This document shows, in pieces, positions 28,301 to 42,169 of a DNA stretch of 64,000 bases. Source of the stretch: the human T2T-CHM13v2.0 reference genome, Homo sapiens; assembly GCF_009914755.1 (NCBI RefSeq), contig NC_060935.1; one strand, 5' to 3'. The stretch's first letter is position 1. Each line of letters starts with the position of its first letter. Below the pieces are notes generated by a model, which saw only the letters and a program-made list of their open reading frames with translations, made no database searches and was not told where the DNA came from. The position numbers were made by a program, and so were the translations under genes.

Positions 28301-30750
28301 TACAAGAAAAGAAACTCAAAACTCAAAAACCCCTCATGAACAAAAATGCAAACATTTTCAATATAAAATTGTCAACTTGAATTCAAATAAATTATTAAAC
28401 ATGACCAATGGGGGCTTATCCTGGGAATTCAAGACTGGCCCAATATCCAAAACTCAAATAACATAATTCACCATATTAATATTCTAAATTAAAAACCTAT
28501 ATGAACTATACATTTGACAACATTCAACATCAAGTTATGATAAAATCTCCCAACTAACTAGGAATAGAAGAAAACTCCCTCAACAATATAAAGGACATTT
28601 ACTAAGAACCTACAGCTACCATCATGCTTGATAGTGAAAGACTAAACACTTTTCCTCAAAGATCAAGAACAGAGGAAGGATGTATACTGTCACCACTCTT
28701 ATTCAGTATCACTTTGGAAGACTTAACCAGTGAAATGTGGCAATAAAAATAAATAAAACGCATACAGTTTGGAAAGGAAGAAATAAGGCTATCCTTATTC
28801 ACAGGTGACATTATCATCCATGTTGAAGATGCATAAGCATATCTCCCCCAAAAAGAAAGAAAGTAAAAGAAAAAGATCTTCTAGTACCCTAGAACTAATA
28901 AAAGAGTTTAACAATCCACAATATACAAGGCAAACAAAAATCAATCAAATTTTTATACACTGGCAATAAGCAATGAATAATTATAAACCAAGTGTTAAGG
29001 TTAATAGCATTTACAATAGCTCCAAGAAAGAAAAATTACGTATAAATTGAACAATGTATATAATATCTGTGTGTTTAAAATTAATAAACACTGATGACAG
29101 AAATAGAAGAAAACATAATAAGTAGGAAGGCACACCAAGGTCATGGATTGGGAGAACTCAACATAGTAAGATGTCAATTGTCTCAAAATGGATAAATAGA
29201 TTTAATGCATTCCAATAAAAATTCCAACAGGATTTTTTGTAACTATAAGCAAGCGAAGTCTAAAATGTATACACGATGCAAAAGACCTAGAACTGCCAGA
29301 ACAATTTTGAAATGGAAGTGTTAGAGAAATCACACTATCTCTTTTTAAGATTTACTATGAAGCTATAGTAATTAAGATAATGTAGTATAGGAACTGACAC
29401 AAAGATAATTAAGTTGCGTAGAGAGTCTAGAGATAGACCCACATAAATATGGTAATTTATTTTTGACAAAGTTGTAAAAGGTGCAATGGAATAAAGGTAG
29501 TTTTTTCAACAAATTGCATTGAAACAACTTCAAGTCATTTGCAAATAAATAAACCTCACATCTTACAGAAAAATTGCCTAAAATTGGATCACAGATCTAA
29601 ATGTAAAAAATAAAACTACACAATTTTAGAAGAAAATGTCAGGGAAAATCTGTGTGATTTTTGTTTTGGTGATGAGCTTTTAGATATGACTCCAAACACT
29701 CATTATATAAAATAAAGATCGTTAATTGAATTTCACCAATTTAAATACTTTTTCTCTGTTAAAGATACTGTAAAACCACAGACCAGGAAAAAATATTTGA
29801 AAATCACATATCTGACAAAGGCATTGTATGTAGATTTTGTAAAGAATACTCGAAACTTAACAGAAAAGAAAACAAAAGATGAAAAACAAAATATAAAGAA
29901 AACAAAAGGTGAAAAATAAATGATAAAGAAAATAAAAAACATAATTCAAAAATGGGTAAAAAACCTATACAGGAAGCTGATGAGATTACAAATGACATGA
30001 AAAATATTCAATATCATTAACTATCAGGAAAATGAAAAATTAAAATGATGATGAGTTACCACTGGTAAACCTAATAGAATAGCTAAAATAAAAAATCCTG
30101 TCAATGCAAAGTGTTTGTGAAGATTCAGCACAATTGGAATTGTCATATATTGTTGGTGGGAATCCAAAATGCCATAGCCACCCTGGCAAGGTTTGGCAGT
30201 TTCTTATAAAGTTAAACATGCACTTACCTTATGACCCAGGAGTCCCACTCCTAGCTATTTACCATGTGTAAAATTATATTCACACACAAATTTATATGTT
30301 TGCATTTATAGCAGCTCTAGTTATAATCACCAAATCCCCATCCAAATATCCTTCAAGAGGTGACTGGATAAGCAAATTGTGGTACATCACTCAGCAATAT
30401 AAAGAAGTGAACTATTGATACATGAAAAAACCGAGATAAATCTTAAAATTATTATGTTGAGTAAAAGAAGTCAGTTTTAGTAGGTTATAGACTGCATGAT
30501 TTCATTTACATGATAGTCTGTAAAATACAAAAGTATAGTGATGGAATACAGATCTGTGGTTGTCAGGAGTTGGAAGTCGTAGGAGGGTGACTACAAAAAG
30601 GAAGCATGAAGGAATTTGGGGGGGTGTGATGGAACTGTTTAGTGTCTGATGGTGTGGTGTATACAAATCTGTGCATGTATGAAAACTCATAGAAATGTAC
30701 ACCAAAAACATGTTCAATTTTACTATATGTTAATTTTAAAAGAAAAAAAT
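25370..30750 (+). mobile_element. Near-full-length, fully decayed ancient L1 (L1MC/MD-like)
   Basis: 5'/ORF1 remnants at 25.4-26.4 kb; endonuclease start (NVNGLN-PIKR-like) at about 26800-26865; FSDHN-like at about 27415; RT LFADD-like at about 28795; 3'UTR and A tail to about 30750. No intact ORF. Confidence 0.9.
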
Positions 30751-33625
30751 TAAAGTCTCTATTAAGAATAAAGAAAGATGTAAAAATAATGATCTAAGCT
30801 TCCTCCTTGAGTATCTAGATAAAGAAGAGCAAATTAAACCCAAAATAAATAGAAGAAAAGAAGTAAAACAATAGAATAAACTGATAAAATAGTTAATGTT
30901 CCAACAGTAGGAAAATCAACAGTCAAATTCTGGTTCTTTGATATAATTGATCATTCCTTAACAAGACTACTAAAGAAAAGGTGAAAAAAATCACAATCAA
31001 TTTCATCAATGAGAGGGGAGATATCCCTACAAATCCTAGAGATAGTAAAGGATAATAAAGGAAGGTTCTGAAAAACTTTATGCCAGTAAATTCAAAATAA
31101 CACAAACAGAAATGGACACAAGATGAAATAGAAAAATATAAATTGCCCTGTATCTTTCAAAGTAATTGCTTTCACAAAACAAAACAAAAACCAAAAAACA
31201 AAGCAAAGCAAAAAAACTTTTCATAAAGTAAACATCAACTCCGGAGGGCTTTACTGGTGAATTCTATGAAACATTTAAGGAATGCAGAAAAACTATTTTG
31301 CAAAAATTCTTCCAAAGAAGTGAACATTATCAGCTTCTTTTATGAAGCCAGCATTACGTAGATACCCAAACCAAACAAAGATATTACAAGAAAATTTTTT
31401 TAAAGTTCCTCATAAACATAAACACAAACATTCTTAATAAAGTACTACAAGTCCAATCCAGTAATATGTGAAAGGCACACTGCACTATGATCAAGTGGGA
31501 TCTATCCTAGGAATTCAAAGTAGGGGTAAAATCCAAAAATAAATTAATATAATTCACCACATAAACAGACTAAAGAAGAAAAACCATATGTTGTCTCAAC
31601 AGACAAAGAAAAACATTTGACAAAATTCAACACACATTCATGAAAAAATTCCCAGCAAATTAGAAACAGAAGACAACCTCTTCAATGATAAAATGAGTCT
31701 ATAAAACACCTATGGATAGCATCTTAATGGTGAAGCATTGCCCACTTTTGCCCAAATATCAGAATCAGAGCAATGATATATGTCTGCTCTCACTACTTCA
31801 ATTAATATTATCCTGGAAGCCTAACTGATGTAATAAGACAAGAAGTAAAATAAAAAGTGTAAAGTTTAAAAATAAAAAAGTAAACTTATTTTTATTTGCA
31901 TGTGTAATAATTGTATACATAGAAAACATGATGAAATCTACAAACAAAACTACTAGAACTAATAAACCAATTTAGCAGAATTACAGGATAAAAAGTTAAT
32001 ATACAAAAATCAATTTTATTTCTATGCATAAGAAATAAACAAAATGGAATATAATTTTTAAGGTTTGCTGTAGCATGACAAGACATCAAACTTATAGTAA
32101 TAAATTCAACAAAAGGCATACAAGACCTCTACACTAAAAACTACAAATAATTTTGGACAGATATTTGGCAATAAAATTATAAAAATCTAAATAAATACAG
32201 ATATATACCATGTTCATAGATTGAAAGATACAATATTGTTAAGGTGCTTAAAGTCCTCATGTTGATCTTTTGATTCAATGTAATCTCATTTGAAGTATGA
32301 GCAGCCTTTTTAAAGGAATTAACAAGGAGACTCTAGCATTCACATGGAAATTCAAAGGCTCTAAAATAGCCAAAAAAGCTTTTAAAAGGAAAAACAAAAT
32401 TGGAGGACTTAGAGTAGCTGATTTTTAGACTTACAGTAACCCTACAGTAGTTAAGACACTATGGCCTGGGCAAAATAATAATTTATTTCAGCAAATAGGC
32501 CAATGAAACAAAATATACAGTTCAGAAATAAACTCATATTTATATTGTCAATCAATTTTCAACCAAACTACCAAGTAAATTCAATGGGGGAAAGAAAAGT
32601 GTCTTTTTGTCTCTTTGTTTACAAACGATGCTGGAACAACTAGATATCAATATGGAAAAAAATGAATCTCAACTCCCATTTCAAGCCATACACAAAGGCT
32701 AACTCTAAATTAATCAGTGACCTAAACTTAAAAGTGAAAATTATAAACATTTCAGAAGAAAATTTAGGAGAAAAATATTTAAAACCTTGGGGGTAACAAC
32801 ATTTCTTAGATAAGACACGAAGTGTATGAACTTCAGAAGGAAAACATAACCCGGACTTCATCAATATTAAACGTCTGTTCTTTAAAAAACACTATGAAGA
32901 AAATGAAAAGGCAAGACATAGACTAGGAGAAAATATTTCTAATACATATATCTAACAAAGGACAGGTATCCAGGATGTATAAAGAACTCCTACAATGCAA
33001 ATAATAAAAAATAAATAAACCAGTAAAAATATGGCAAAATATTTAAACATACCTTCACAAAAGATCAATATGGATGGCAAATAAACTTACAAAAAGCTAT
33101 TCAGCAAATAAAATTGACAAGGCAAACCATAATGTGATTTCACTACATACTCATTAGAATAAATAAAATTTAAAAGACTGACTATGCCAAGCCTTGCTGA
33201 GGGTGTGGGCATCTGGAGTTCTCATACTTTTGTTGGTGGGAGTATAACATGGTACCACATTGGAGAATTGTCTTACAGTCTCTACTGATATGCTCAACAT
33301 AAATGACTCTCAGAAATGTGTTGTGTGAAAGAAACCAAATGTAAAAAATACATATTGTATTATTCCACTGATAAGACATCTAAGCAAAACCAATCTATAG
33401 TGATAGAAGTTAGAGCAGCAGTTGTCTCTAGTGGAGGCAAGAATTGCCTGGAAAGCACCATGAAGAAACTTTCTCAGATGATCTAATGTTCTATATTTTG
33501 CTTTGGGTAGTGGTTACTAACATACACAATTGCCAAAACTTGTCAAACTAAATACTTAAGACCTGTATATTTTATTGTAAATAATTTATAATTTATTACA
33601 TAAATTATACCTCATAAAATACTTT
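30751..33625 (+). mobile_element. Second, 5'-truncated ancient L1 (L1ME-like 3' end)
   Basis: Restarts in ORF2 at the region equivalent to about 27650. Second RT motif at about 31890. Different 3'UTR, ending ataaattatacctcataaaa. Confidence 0.88.
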
Positions 33626-34211
33626 TTTAATTTAAAAAATGCTGATGAGGCATAGATCCTGATATAAATATATATGTACTTTGAGATAAATCTATTTCTA
33701 ACTGTGCTTCAAAACTAATGTGAAATGCTTGAACTATTCTTGCTTTTGCAACTTCCCTGAATAATTAAAGCTTATACATTCTGAAAATGGAATGTGATTG
33801 ATCTTCACCCAAGCAATGTTGCTACTGGGTAGGGCTGTGTCCAGCAAACATACTATTTTTGAGTTGGACAAGATTGCCCTTTCCTTGATCTGTCAGATTC
33901 TCATGCCAGGCTGCAGAAGCACCCTGGGGTGAAGGAGCATGTAGTATTTTAAAGTGAACACACACACACGCATGCACACACACCCCAATGCACATTCGTG
34001 TGTTTACCTTGTATGCCTCTATGTACTCAAACTCAGTGCATTGGAATTCTGTTGAATCCTCTTTCTATAATGTGAATAAGTGGTTTCCCAAGGGTGCTTC
34101 CAACTCTGCAATTTGTTAGCTGGGTAAGAGCTGAGGTAAGAGTGGGAATGCTCAGGCACTGGATGGGGCTATGCTTACACACCCTTGCACACATACACTC
34201 TTCTGTCCTAC

Positions 34212-34584
34212 TGATATGGTTTGGCTGTGTCCCTACCCAAATCTCATCTTGAACTGTAGTTCCCATAACACCCACGTGTTGTGGGAGGGACCAGGTGGAG
34301 ATAATTGAATCATAGGGGTGGTTTCCTCCATCCTGTTCTTGTGATAGTGAGTTAGTTCTCATGAGAGCTGATGGTTTCAAAAGGGGCTTCCCCCTTTGCT
34401 GGGCACTCATTTCTCTCCTGCTGCCATGTGAAGAAGGATATGTTGGCTTCCCTTTCCACCATGATTGTAAGTTTCCTGCAGCCTCTCCAACCCTGCAGAA
34501 CTGTGAGTCAATTAAACCTCTTTAGTTTAAAAATTACCCAGTGTCAGGCAGTTCTTTACAGCAGTGTGAGAACAGACTAATACA
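34212..34584 (+). mobile_element. THE1 (C/D) solo LTR
   Basis: tgatatggtttggctgtgtccc...gaacagactaataca; 5-bp TSD cctac/cccac. Confidence 0.95.
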
Positions 34585-35508
34585 CCCACACATCTCCCTT
34601 TCACATCTTAGGAATGACAGCTAGACATCTACCATCCTCTCCCCAACCACCATTTCCCAGCCTCAGCATCGAAGCTCTCTCCCAGTGCAGGTAGGAATCA
34701 GAGCACTGCTGAGATGATTCTGAGTGAAAAGTGACAGTTAATCCAATGAAGACACTCCAACTACATTTACTCTGTATTGGGGTCCTTGCTTATCTCTTCA
34801 GTGTTTTATTGACTCCTCACAATAAATACTGTAATTTAGCTATAATAACTACTACAAACATCATATTTTATGAATAAAAAAAGACTGGAGCCCCAAGAGT
34901 TTACTTACCATTTTACCCCAGTTTACTCTGGAAAATGGAGAAGCCCAGTTTTGAATGCAGATTGCCTGTGTTTGCCTGTGTTTATAACTGCCATGAAAGT
35001 CAGCTTCCTACCTGAAAATCAATTGCTCCTTTTTGTCCAGATAAGCAGCTTGTCTTTTAATGTTCATTGATTAGGTCAAGCAGAAGAATATTCATTTAGT
35101 GCCTAGTATGTGCTAAGTACTGTGCCAAATATTCCACATCTAATCATGGCAATATCATCTCAATTAGTTATTTCTTCTAACTTTAGTGATCAATAAACTG
35201 AAGTTCAAAGAAGTTGAGAAACTTGCATGAAAGTTTCAGGCAGCAAGAAAATTTCGACCTAGGCCTGGCCCTGCTACTAAATCAGCTGCTATCCTAGAAT
35301 ATGTTGCTGCCAATTGGCTGGAGAGTAATTCAAAGCATCTGTAGAATCCTTGCCTGCAACCTGCGAAATTCATTAACTTTCTCCCACATGCTCCCCCATT
35401 GTCACTAACTCCCTGTCATCTCTACAACTTTGCTCACACTGGCTTCCCGACCACAAAACTGCCTCCCTCTGCCACACTCCTCCTACTACCACCAATGTCC
35501 TCCCTATT

Positions 35509-35727
35509 TTTGTTAGCCTGTTTTGCATTGCTACAGAGAAATACCTGAGACTGGGTAATTTATAAAGAAGACATTTATTTGGCTCACAGTTCTACAGGCT
35601 ATACAAGCATGGCACCAGCATCTGAGGCTTCTATTGAGGCCTCAGGAAGCTTTTTTTCATGGCTAAAGGAAAGGGGAGCAGATGTGTCAAACAGTCAGAG
35701 AGGAGGCAAAAGAGAGGCCAAACCCTT

Positions 35728-35758
<31 letters not shown>

Positions 35759-36587
35759 TTAGTATTTATTGATCATTCTTGGGTGTTTCTCAGAGAGGGG
35801 GATTTGGCAGGGTCATAGGAAGGTCAGCAGATAAACATGTGAACAAAGGTCTCTGGTTTTCCTAGGCAGAGGGCCCTGCCGCCTTCCGCAGTGTTTGTGT
35901 CCCTGGGTACTTGAGATTAGGGAGTGGTGATGACTCTTAACGAGTATGCTGCCTTCAAGCATCTGTTTAACAAAGCACATCTTGCACGGCCCTTAATCCA
36001 TTTAACCCTTAGTGGACACAGCACATGTTTCAGAGAGCACGGGGTTGGGGGTAAGGTTATATATTAACAGCATCCCAAGGCAGAAGAATTTTTCCTAGTA
36101 CAGAACAAAATGGAGTCTCCTATGTCTACTTCTTTCTACACAGACACAATAACAATCTGATCTCTCTTTCTTTTCCCCACATTTCCCCCTTTTCTATTCG
36201 ACAAAACCGCCATTGTCATCATGGCCCGTTCTCAATGAGCTGTTGGGTACACCTCCCAGACGGGGTGGCGGCCGGGCAGAGGGGCTCCTCACTTCCCAGA
36301 TGGGGTGGCCGGGCAGAGGAGCCCCCCACCTCTCAGACGGGGCGGCTGGCCGGGCGGGGGCTGCTCCCCACCTCCCGGACGGGGCGGCAGGCCAGGCCCT
36401 TTTAAACCATCAGATCTCAAGGTAACTAATAGAGTGAGAACCCTCTCATTACCACAAGCAGGGCAATAAGCTATTTATGAGGGATTTGTCCCCAGGACCA
36501 AAACACCTCCCACTAGGTCCCACCTCCAACACTGGGGATCACGTTTCAACATGAGATTTGGAGGGGACAAACATCCAAACTCTATCG
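35509..36587 (-). mobile_element. MSTB-type LTR split by an SVA insertion
   Basis: aatacctgagactgggtaatttataaag (left part); tttcaacatgagatttggaggggacaaacatccaaac (right part); TSD ctatt/ctact. Confidence 0.9.
35731..36388 (-). mobile_element. 5'-truncated SVA (older A/B-like): tail, SINE-R and partial VNTR
   Basis: (TTTA)n tail; tttattgatcattcttgggtgtttctc SINE-R end; VNTR units cacctcccggacggggcggc; 16-bp TSD aggccaaaccctttta / aggccaggccctttta. Confidence 0.97.
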
Positions 36588-36760
36588 CTACTCCTTTCTG
36601 TCTAGTCAATGACCTTATCCATCAAGGAACTACAAAGCACTGTCTCCTCCAGGAAGCCTTCCCTGATCTGTCTAAGGTAATTACTTCTCCTTTGAGCTCT
36701 AAGTTCTTAAAGGATGCCTGCCTCATTCTCTCAACTTGTCAAAAATCCCCTTTGAATTGA

Positions 36761-37050
36761 TTTTTTTTTTTTTTTTTGAGACATAGTCTTGCTCTGTTGC
36801 CCAGGCTGGAGTCCAGTGGCATGATCTTGGCTCACTGCAACCTCCCAGGGTCAAGCAATTCTCCTGACTCAGCCTCCCGAGTAGCTGGGACTTCAGGCAT
36901 GCACACCCATGCCTGGCTTATTTTTGTATTTTTAGTAGAGATGGGGTTTCACCATGCTGGGCAGGCTGGTCTCGAACTCCTTACCTTGTGATCCACCCGC
37001 CTCAGCCTCCGAAGTGTTCAGATTATAGGCATGAGCCACTGCCCTGGGCC
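36761..37050 (-). mobile_element. AluS (Sg-like)
   Basis: Poly-T then antisense dimer; ttgaattg flanks both ends. Confidence 0.95.
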
Positions 37051-37619
37051 TTGAATTGTTAAGTAACCTTTGTCTTTTCATTTTTAAAAAATGTAATACC
37101 TTGTTCCCAAAAGTATTGAAATTTCCAAATGACAGAGGCAGTGTATGCACCACATGCTACTGCAATCCTATGTGCATGTATGGGGTGACTCAGTATGCCA
37201 CCTCCTCAGAGAGGACTTTCCTGATAATCCCATCTAACATAGCAGCTTCCGTTACTCTTTGCCTTCTTGTGCTGCCTCGTTTTCCTAGCTGGCATTCTCT
37301 AATATCACTCTTTGTAAATTTCTTTATTGTCAGTTTTCCTCACTAGAACATAAGCATCATGAGAGCAGGCACTTGGTTCTATTCACACTGGATCCCAAGA
37401 AACTAAAATAAGGCCTGGCTCACAATTGGTGCTCAAATTTTTTTTTTTTGAACAAATGACTAAATGGATGAGTAACCAACAATCCCTAGAGTAGTGGCCA
37501 AAGAACCACAGCTACTGTTACAGAAGTGGGTAACCCCAGGAGATTTTGGTAACAGTGTGAGTTGATGGGAGAATGTTCCTCAGAAGCATCAAGACTAGAA
37601 ACCAAGAACAGCATATATC

Positions 37620-38040
37620 CTGGGTAGTTTTGCCCCTCTTCACCCTTTTCTAAACTGCGCTACATTCTGAAAAGATGGGCTTTATGGATGCATTATTCAG
37701 ATTACTTTTTCCTTTGGCTTCTGGTCGAGTTCAGCCAGTGGGAGGCTTCATCAGTAGATCAGAGGTGGAAAGGTAGAAGCCTGAATACTTATTCTTCCAG
37801 CTCCCTCCTTGCCATGTTTCTTTACTGATGCCGTCACCCCTATCAGCAAATGCTCTCCTACATCCATAGCTCAGCCCAGGACTGGTAAGTGCACCTGTCC
37901 TTTACCCCTTCAGACCTAGGGGTAGTGGCAGGATCCCACAGCTGCCAGCCTCAGGGTGCTCATCATCTCTTGTGAGTTGCCTCAATCCTGCTCACTCCTT
38001 TGTAAACAGTCCCTTCATTAAATTCTTTCAATCATTCTTA
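37620..38040 (+). mobile_element. LTR33-like ERVL LTR
   Basis: tggcttctggtcgagttcagccagtgggagg; cccttcagacctaggggtagtg; cctttgtaaacagtcccttcattaaa. Confidence 0.75.
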
Positions 38041-38974
38041 GACAGGAAAAACCCTGCCAGACACAGCTCAAAAAATTATTGGACTAGCATCAATAATAAG
38101 AGATCAAGGAGTTAGAATCAGAAAGAAAGGAAATCATGGCATAGTGATGCTTCTGCCTCTAAATCCATTATGAAAAGGGGTCAGGCCAGTTTCACATGAA
38201 GGGGCAAGGCCAAAGAGAACCTCTTTGAGCAACAACACTGCCAAGTCTGATTCCCAAAGAAGATTCTAACTCCATCTTTGAGCTCTTTCCCACCTCCCGC
38301 ATGTTGGGAAGGATGCACACCCCAGTGAAAATGTGGATTGGCAGAGGCAGCCTTGGGAGAATGTGTCATGCACTGCTTCCTCCTTGGACCTTTCAGCCAA
38401 GCCCACCCACGCTACAGCAACACAAAGGCTTCTTTGTGGTCAGCGTCCAGCATTGACCAGCTTCTCTTTGCTGCCAACCATATTCCCCTTTCAGTTTGTC
38501 CTGTTCTTGACCCTTGGTTTTTAGTTGTTGTTTTTTTTTTGTTTTTTTCCTTCTTGGCCTTGATCCTGCCTTTTGGATTTAGTGGCTAAACATAGTTTCC
38601 CTGTTTGACCTTTGGTTCTCTCTAGGGACTTTGGCTCACACTCACCACTCTATTTTCACTCCTGGATGCGTATACAGAATGCATTGACCCAACAGCATCT
38701 GGCCACTTACACAGTACCCTGGGATATGAGTGCGCATGTGAGTGCATGTGTTTAAATGTGTGTATATATGAATGCACATATGTGAGTGCACATGGCAGGA
38801 AAATATCAAACTGCCTGAGTCTCAATCTTGGCTCCACCACTTACTAGATGCATGGTCTAGGGCAAGTTACATAGCCTCTCTGTTCCTCAGTTTCCTCATC
38901 TGTAAATCTATTAGCAATGTTTTTAAAAGTACCTACTTTATAAGGTTTATAACATACTAGGGTTATACCTACTA

Positions 38975-39294
38975 TGTTAAGGAGAGGGTGACCCCTTTGT
39001 GAGCAGGAAGGGTCATGCGATTATTTCTGGCCAAAAAGTTGTGAGCAGAAGTGATCTGTGCCACTTACCTGCTGATGTGAGATCTTCTAGGACTTTCCTT
39101 TCCCCTGCCACTAAGGCCATCCATGTTCCAGGTATTGGCTGCCTGAGTCCCAGATTGAGAATCTGGAACAGAGACCCCACCAATCCACCATGAACAGGGA
39201 ACAGAAGAGAGAAATTAGTCTTGTCATTGTAAACCCCTGATATGTTGAAATTGTTTGTTAACACAGCCTAACCCAGCCTGTACTGACTGAAACA
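38975..39294 (+). mobile_element. MLT1 (I/J-like) LTR inserted in a MIR (38800-39390)
   Basis: ctggccaaaaagttgtgagcagaagtga...cctgtactgactgaaaca; MIR halves on both sides. Confidence 0.7.
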
Positions 39295-39415
39295 GCTGTT
39301 GTAAGGACTGAGATAATTCATATGAAAAGCTCTTAGTACAGTGTCCAACACATCAAAAATACTCAATAAACATTGGTTATTATCATTTGTATGAATGGAA
39401 CTATTTTTATCATTA

Positions 39416-39834
39416 TAGTTCACCCTTGAACAACATGGGTTTGAACTGCCCAGGTCCTCTGATAGGTGGATTTTCTTCCACCTCTGCCACCCTGAGAGAG
39501 CAAGACCAATTCCTTCTCTTCCTCCTCCTCTTCAGCCTTCTCAACATGAAGATGACAAGGATTAAGACTTTTATGATGACCCACTTCCAGTTAATTAATA
39601 GTAAATAGATTTTCTCTTCCTTATGATCTTCTTAAAGACATTTCTTTTTCTCTAGCTTACCTTATTGTAAGAACAGAGTTTAACATACAAAATACGTCTT
39701 AATCAACTATTTATCAGTAAGGCTTCCAGTCAACAGTAGACTATTAGTATTAAGGTTTTGGGGAATCAAAAGTTATACACAGATTTTTTACTGTATGGGG
39801 GTCAGCACTCCCAACTCTGTTTGAGGGGCAACTG
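39416..39834 (+). mobile_element. Tigger2a DNA transposon
   Basis: TIRs tagttcacccttgaacaac / gtttgaggggcaactg with TA target duplication; typical internal sequence. Confidence 0.9.
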
Positions 39835-40979
39835 TATTTGTGTGGGTAGGGATGTGTGTATATAAGAGCGTTTCCTTTGTTAGATCAAACAGTTTCAACA
39901 ACCTTCCATTCTCAGCACTTGAGAAGTCAGGTGAGCCATAATCCAAACTGTCAGTACAGTTTAAAGGTAGAGTTTCCTGACCTGAGGGATTCCCAAGAGG
40001 GTGTTCTGACATCAGCGTCACACACAGACAGTGAACATGCCCCAAAAACTGTAGTAGGCAAGTCATATTATGGATTTAACTTCCTCGATGTAGGCTAAAG
40101 TGGTAGCAAAACCAGAGACGGTTCCTTGGGCCACGGATTAGAGACAGGAGAGGCTGTGTTGGATCGCCTTTCTGTACAGTCTGAATGATTGTTGGTCTGC
40201 AGGGACCACAGAAGACCTCCAATTAATTATTACTGGAGAACATAAAATCATAAACAAAATTCCTTGTAATAAATTTTTCAAATGAGATTGCATGTTTTAT
40301 TTACAGTACTGGCCCATTTTGGGCTTTAAATCTATGAACAAAAACAAACATGCTTTTTTATCAAACAGACGGGGAATAAAAGTATTCAATATCCTTTCTT
40401 TCTCTCCTTGCCAAGGAGGACATGCGCTCTGTGCTACAGAGGAAGACAGGCCCAGGCTCTGTCAGCTGGTAGAATGAATGGACTCATTTTGCTTTGCAGA
40501 GGAAGGTTTAAGCTATAAAGATCCTTCCACATGGTGGGGGTTGGGGGGTGGGGGATGGGTGGTAGGGAAGAAAGGAAAATTGAAAACAAAGGGTCTTGCT
40601 GAGGTTCAGACGTTTTACTTCTTAATTCAGCATGGTATCTGAGTTTAAAATAGAACATATGCAAAGTGTAAACTTCTAAAACTGAAACAGCTATCATCAG
40701 GCATGTTTCTATAGCTAAAAAATCAGAAACCCACTTGATCTGAGCATTCTACAGAGAAAGTGAACCAAGTAGAAAATAGATTCTGGCCCAAGGTCTCATT
40801 TGCCCTTTGTCTACCTGTAGCCTAGCAAGGTCATTCTGAACCTTGGGGGAGAGGCATCTTATATAAATTCATATGAGTCCTCATAGCCTCAGATCTGGTA
40901 GGCTCAGAAATGTTGTTGCCAAAATGTCTATAAAGATGTATTTTCTCATAAATATTGGTGATGAATCAGTGAATACAGG

Positions 40980-42130
40980 TCTACCAGAATAATGGAACAT
41001 CCCATTAAACACTCAGCTAGGCAACAGTTTGGAGCAAAACCCTGAGGGGCAAGGTTGTTGTTTTCCAGTATGTGATATAAGCATAAATCAAACAGCGATA
41101 TATTGTACTGTGTTTCTGTATTAGTTTCCCGCAGCTGCTGTGAAAATTTGCCATAAACTTGGTGACTTAGAATTTATTCTCTCACAGTTCTGGAGGCCAG
41201 AAGTCTGAAATCAGTATCACTGAATCAAAGTCAAGGTGTGGGCAGGACCACACCTCTTCCAGAAGCTCTAGAAGCAAATCCATTTCCTGCCTCTCTCACC
41301 TTCCTGGTTCCTGCCAGCATTTCTTGGTTTGTGGCCACATCTTTCCAACGTTTGCCACAAGCTTCTCTTTGCCTTCTCTTCTGTCTGCATCTCTGCTCTT
41401 GCTGTCTCTCTAAGGATGCTTTGATTACATTTAGAACCCACTAGATAATCCAGGGTAATCTCTCCATCTCAAAATCCTTAACTTAATCCATATCTACAAA
41501 GATACTTTTTCCATATAACATTACATTTTCTGATTCCAGAGATGAAAACTTGATATCTTTTAGGGCGATGACTGAGCCCACTATTGGCTCCAGTAGTCCA
41601 GGAACCAAATGTGAAAGTAGAATTGTCCTCTCTCACTCTCATGACCCACCTGCAGAATTTGTGTTTCCCATTCCCACAACCTTAATTTCTGCTGGATTAA
41701 TAGTTCTGTTTCCCAGGGAAAGAGCATTTTCACCAGGGGACACAATAAGTATTCCACTAAAGTTGAAACTATGATTCCCACCAGGTCACTTTGGGCTCCT
41801 CCTCAGGTAGAGCAGGAGGTAAAGGAATTGGACCTGCTGGAGGCACTTAGGTTACTGCTATAAAGTGAGGGCAAAGAGGAATGTGGCCAGAACTCAGAAA
41901 GTTCAAAGGGAGTCTTTTGGTTCTTCTACAACCGGTGGAAATCGTGAATCAATAATGTCAGCATTCAAGACCTCACCAGAGCAAGACTACTAAGACTCAG
42001 ACTCCTCTGAGATGAAAGTCTAGATCTCCAAAATCACTCAGTCTAGATCACTCAGGGCAAACAACCTGAAGTGTTTACCAAGGGTGAGGGAAATCTAGAA
42101 TGGGTGGAAGAAGAGAGAGATGATAACAGT
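40980..42130 (+). mobile_element. ERVL (HERV16/HERV-L class) internal remnant: integrase end and dUTPase, interrupted by MLT1D
   Basis: ORF 41550-41774 plus read-through gives DPPAEFVFPIPTTLISAGLIVLFP...PGDTISIPLKLKL*FPPGHFGLL, matching the ERVL dUTPase N-terminus. Confidence 0.8.
41117..41585 (-). mobile_element. MLT1C/D LTR
   Basis: tgtattagtttcc...ctcacagttctggaggccagaagtctgaaatc...atctcaaaatccttaacttaatc. Confidence 0.9.
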
Positions 42131-42169
42131 TATTTAAAAATCCCCAATGAGTTTATTCAACCAAGCCTC

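Noticed and set aside
26175-33379. Hydrophobic F/L/I-rich minus-strand ORFs
   Set aside because: Antisense reading of A-rich L1 sequence; the sense L1 ORFs are destroyed.
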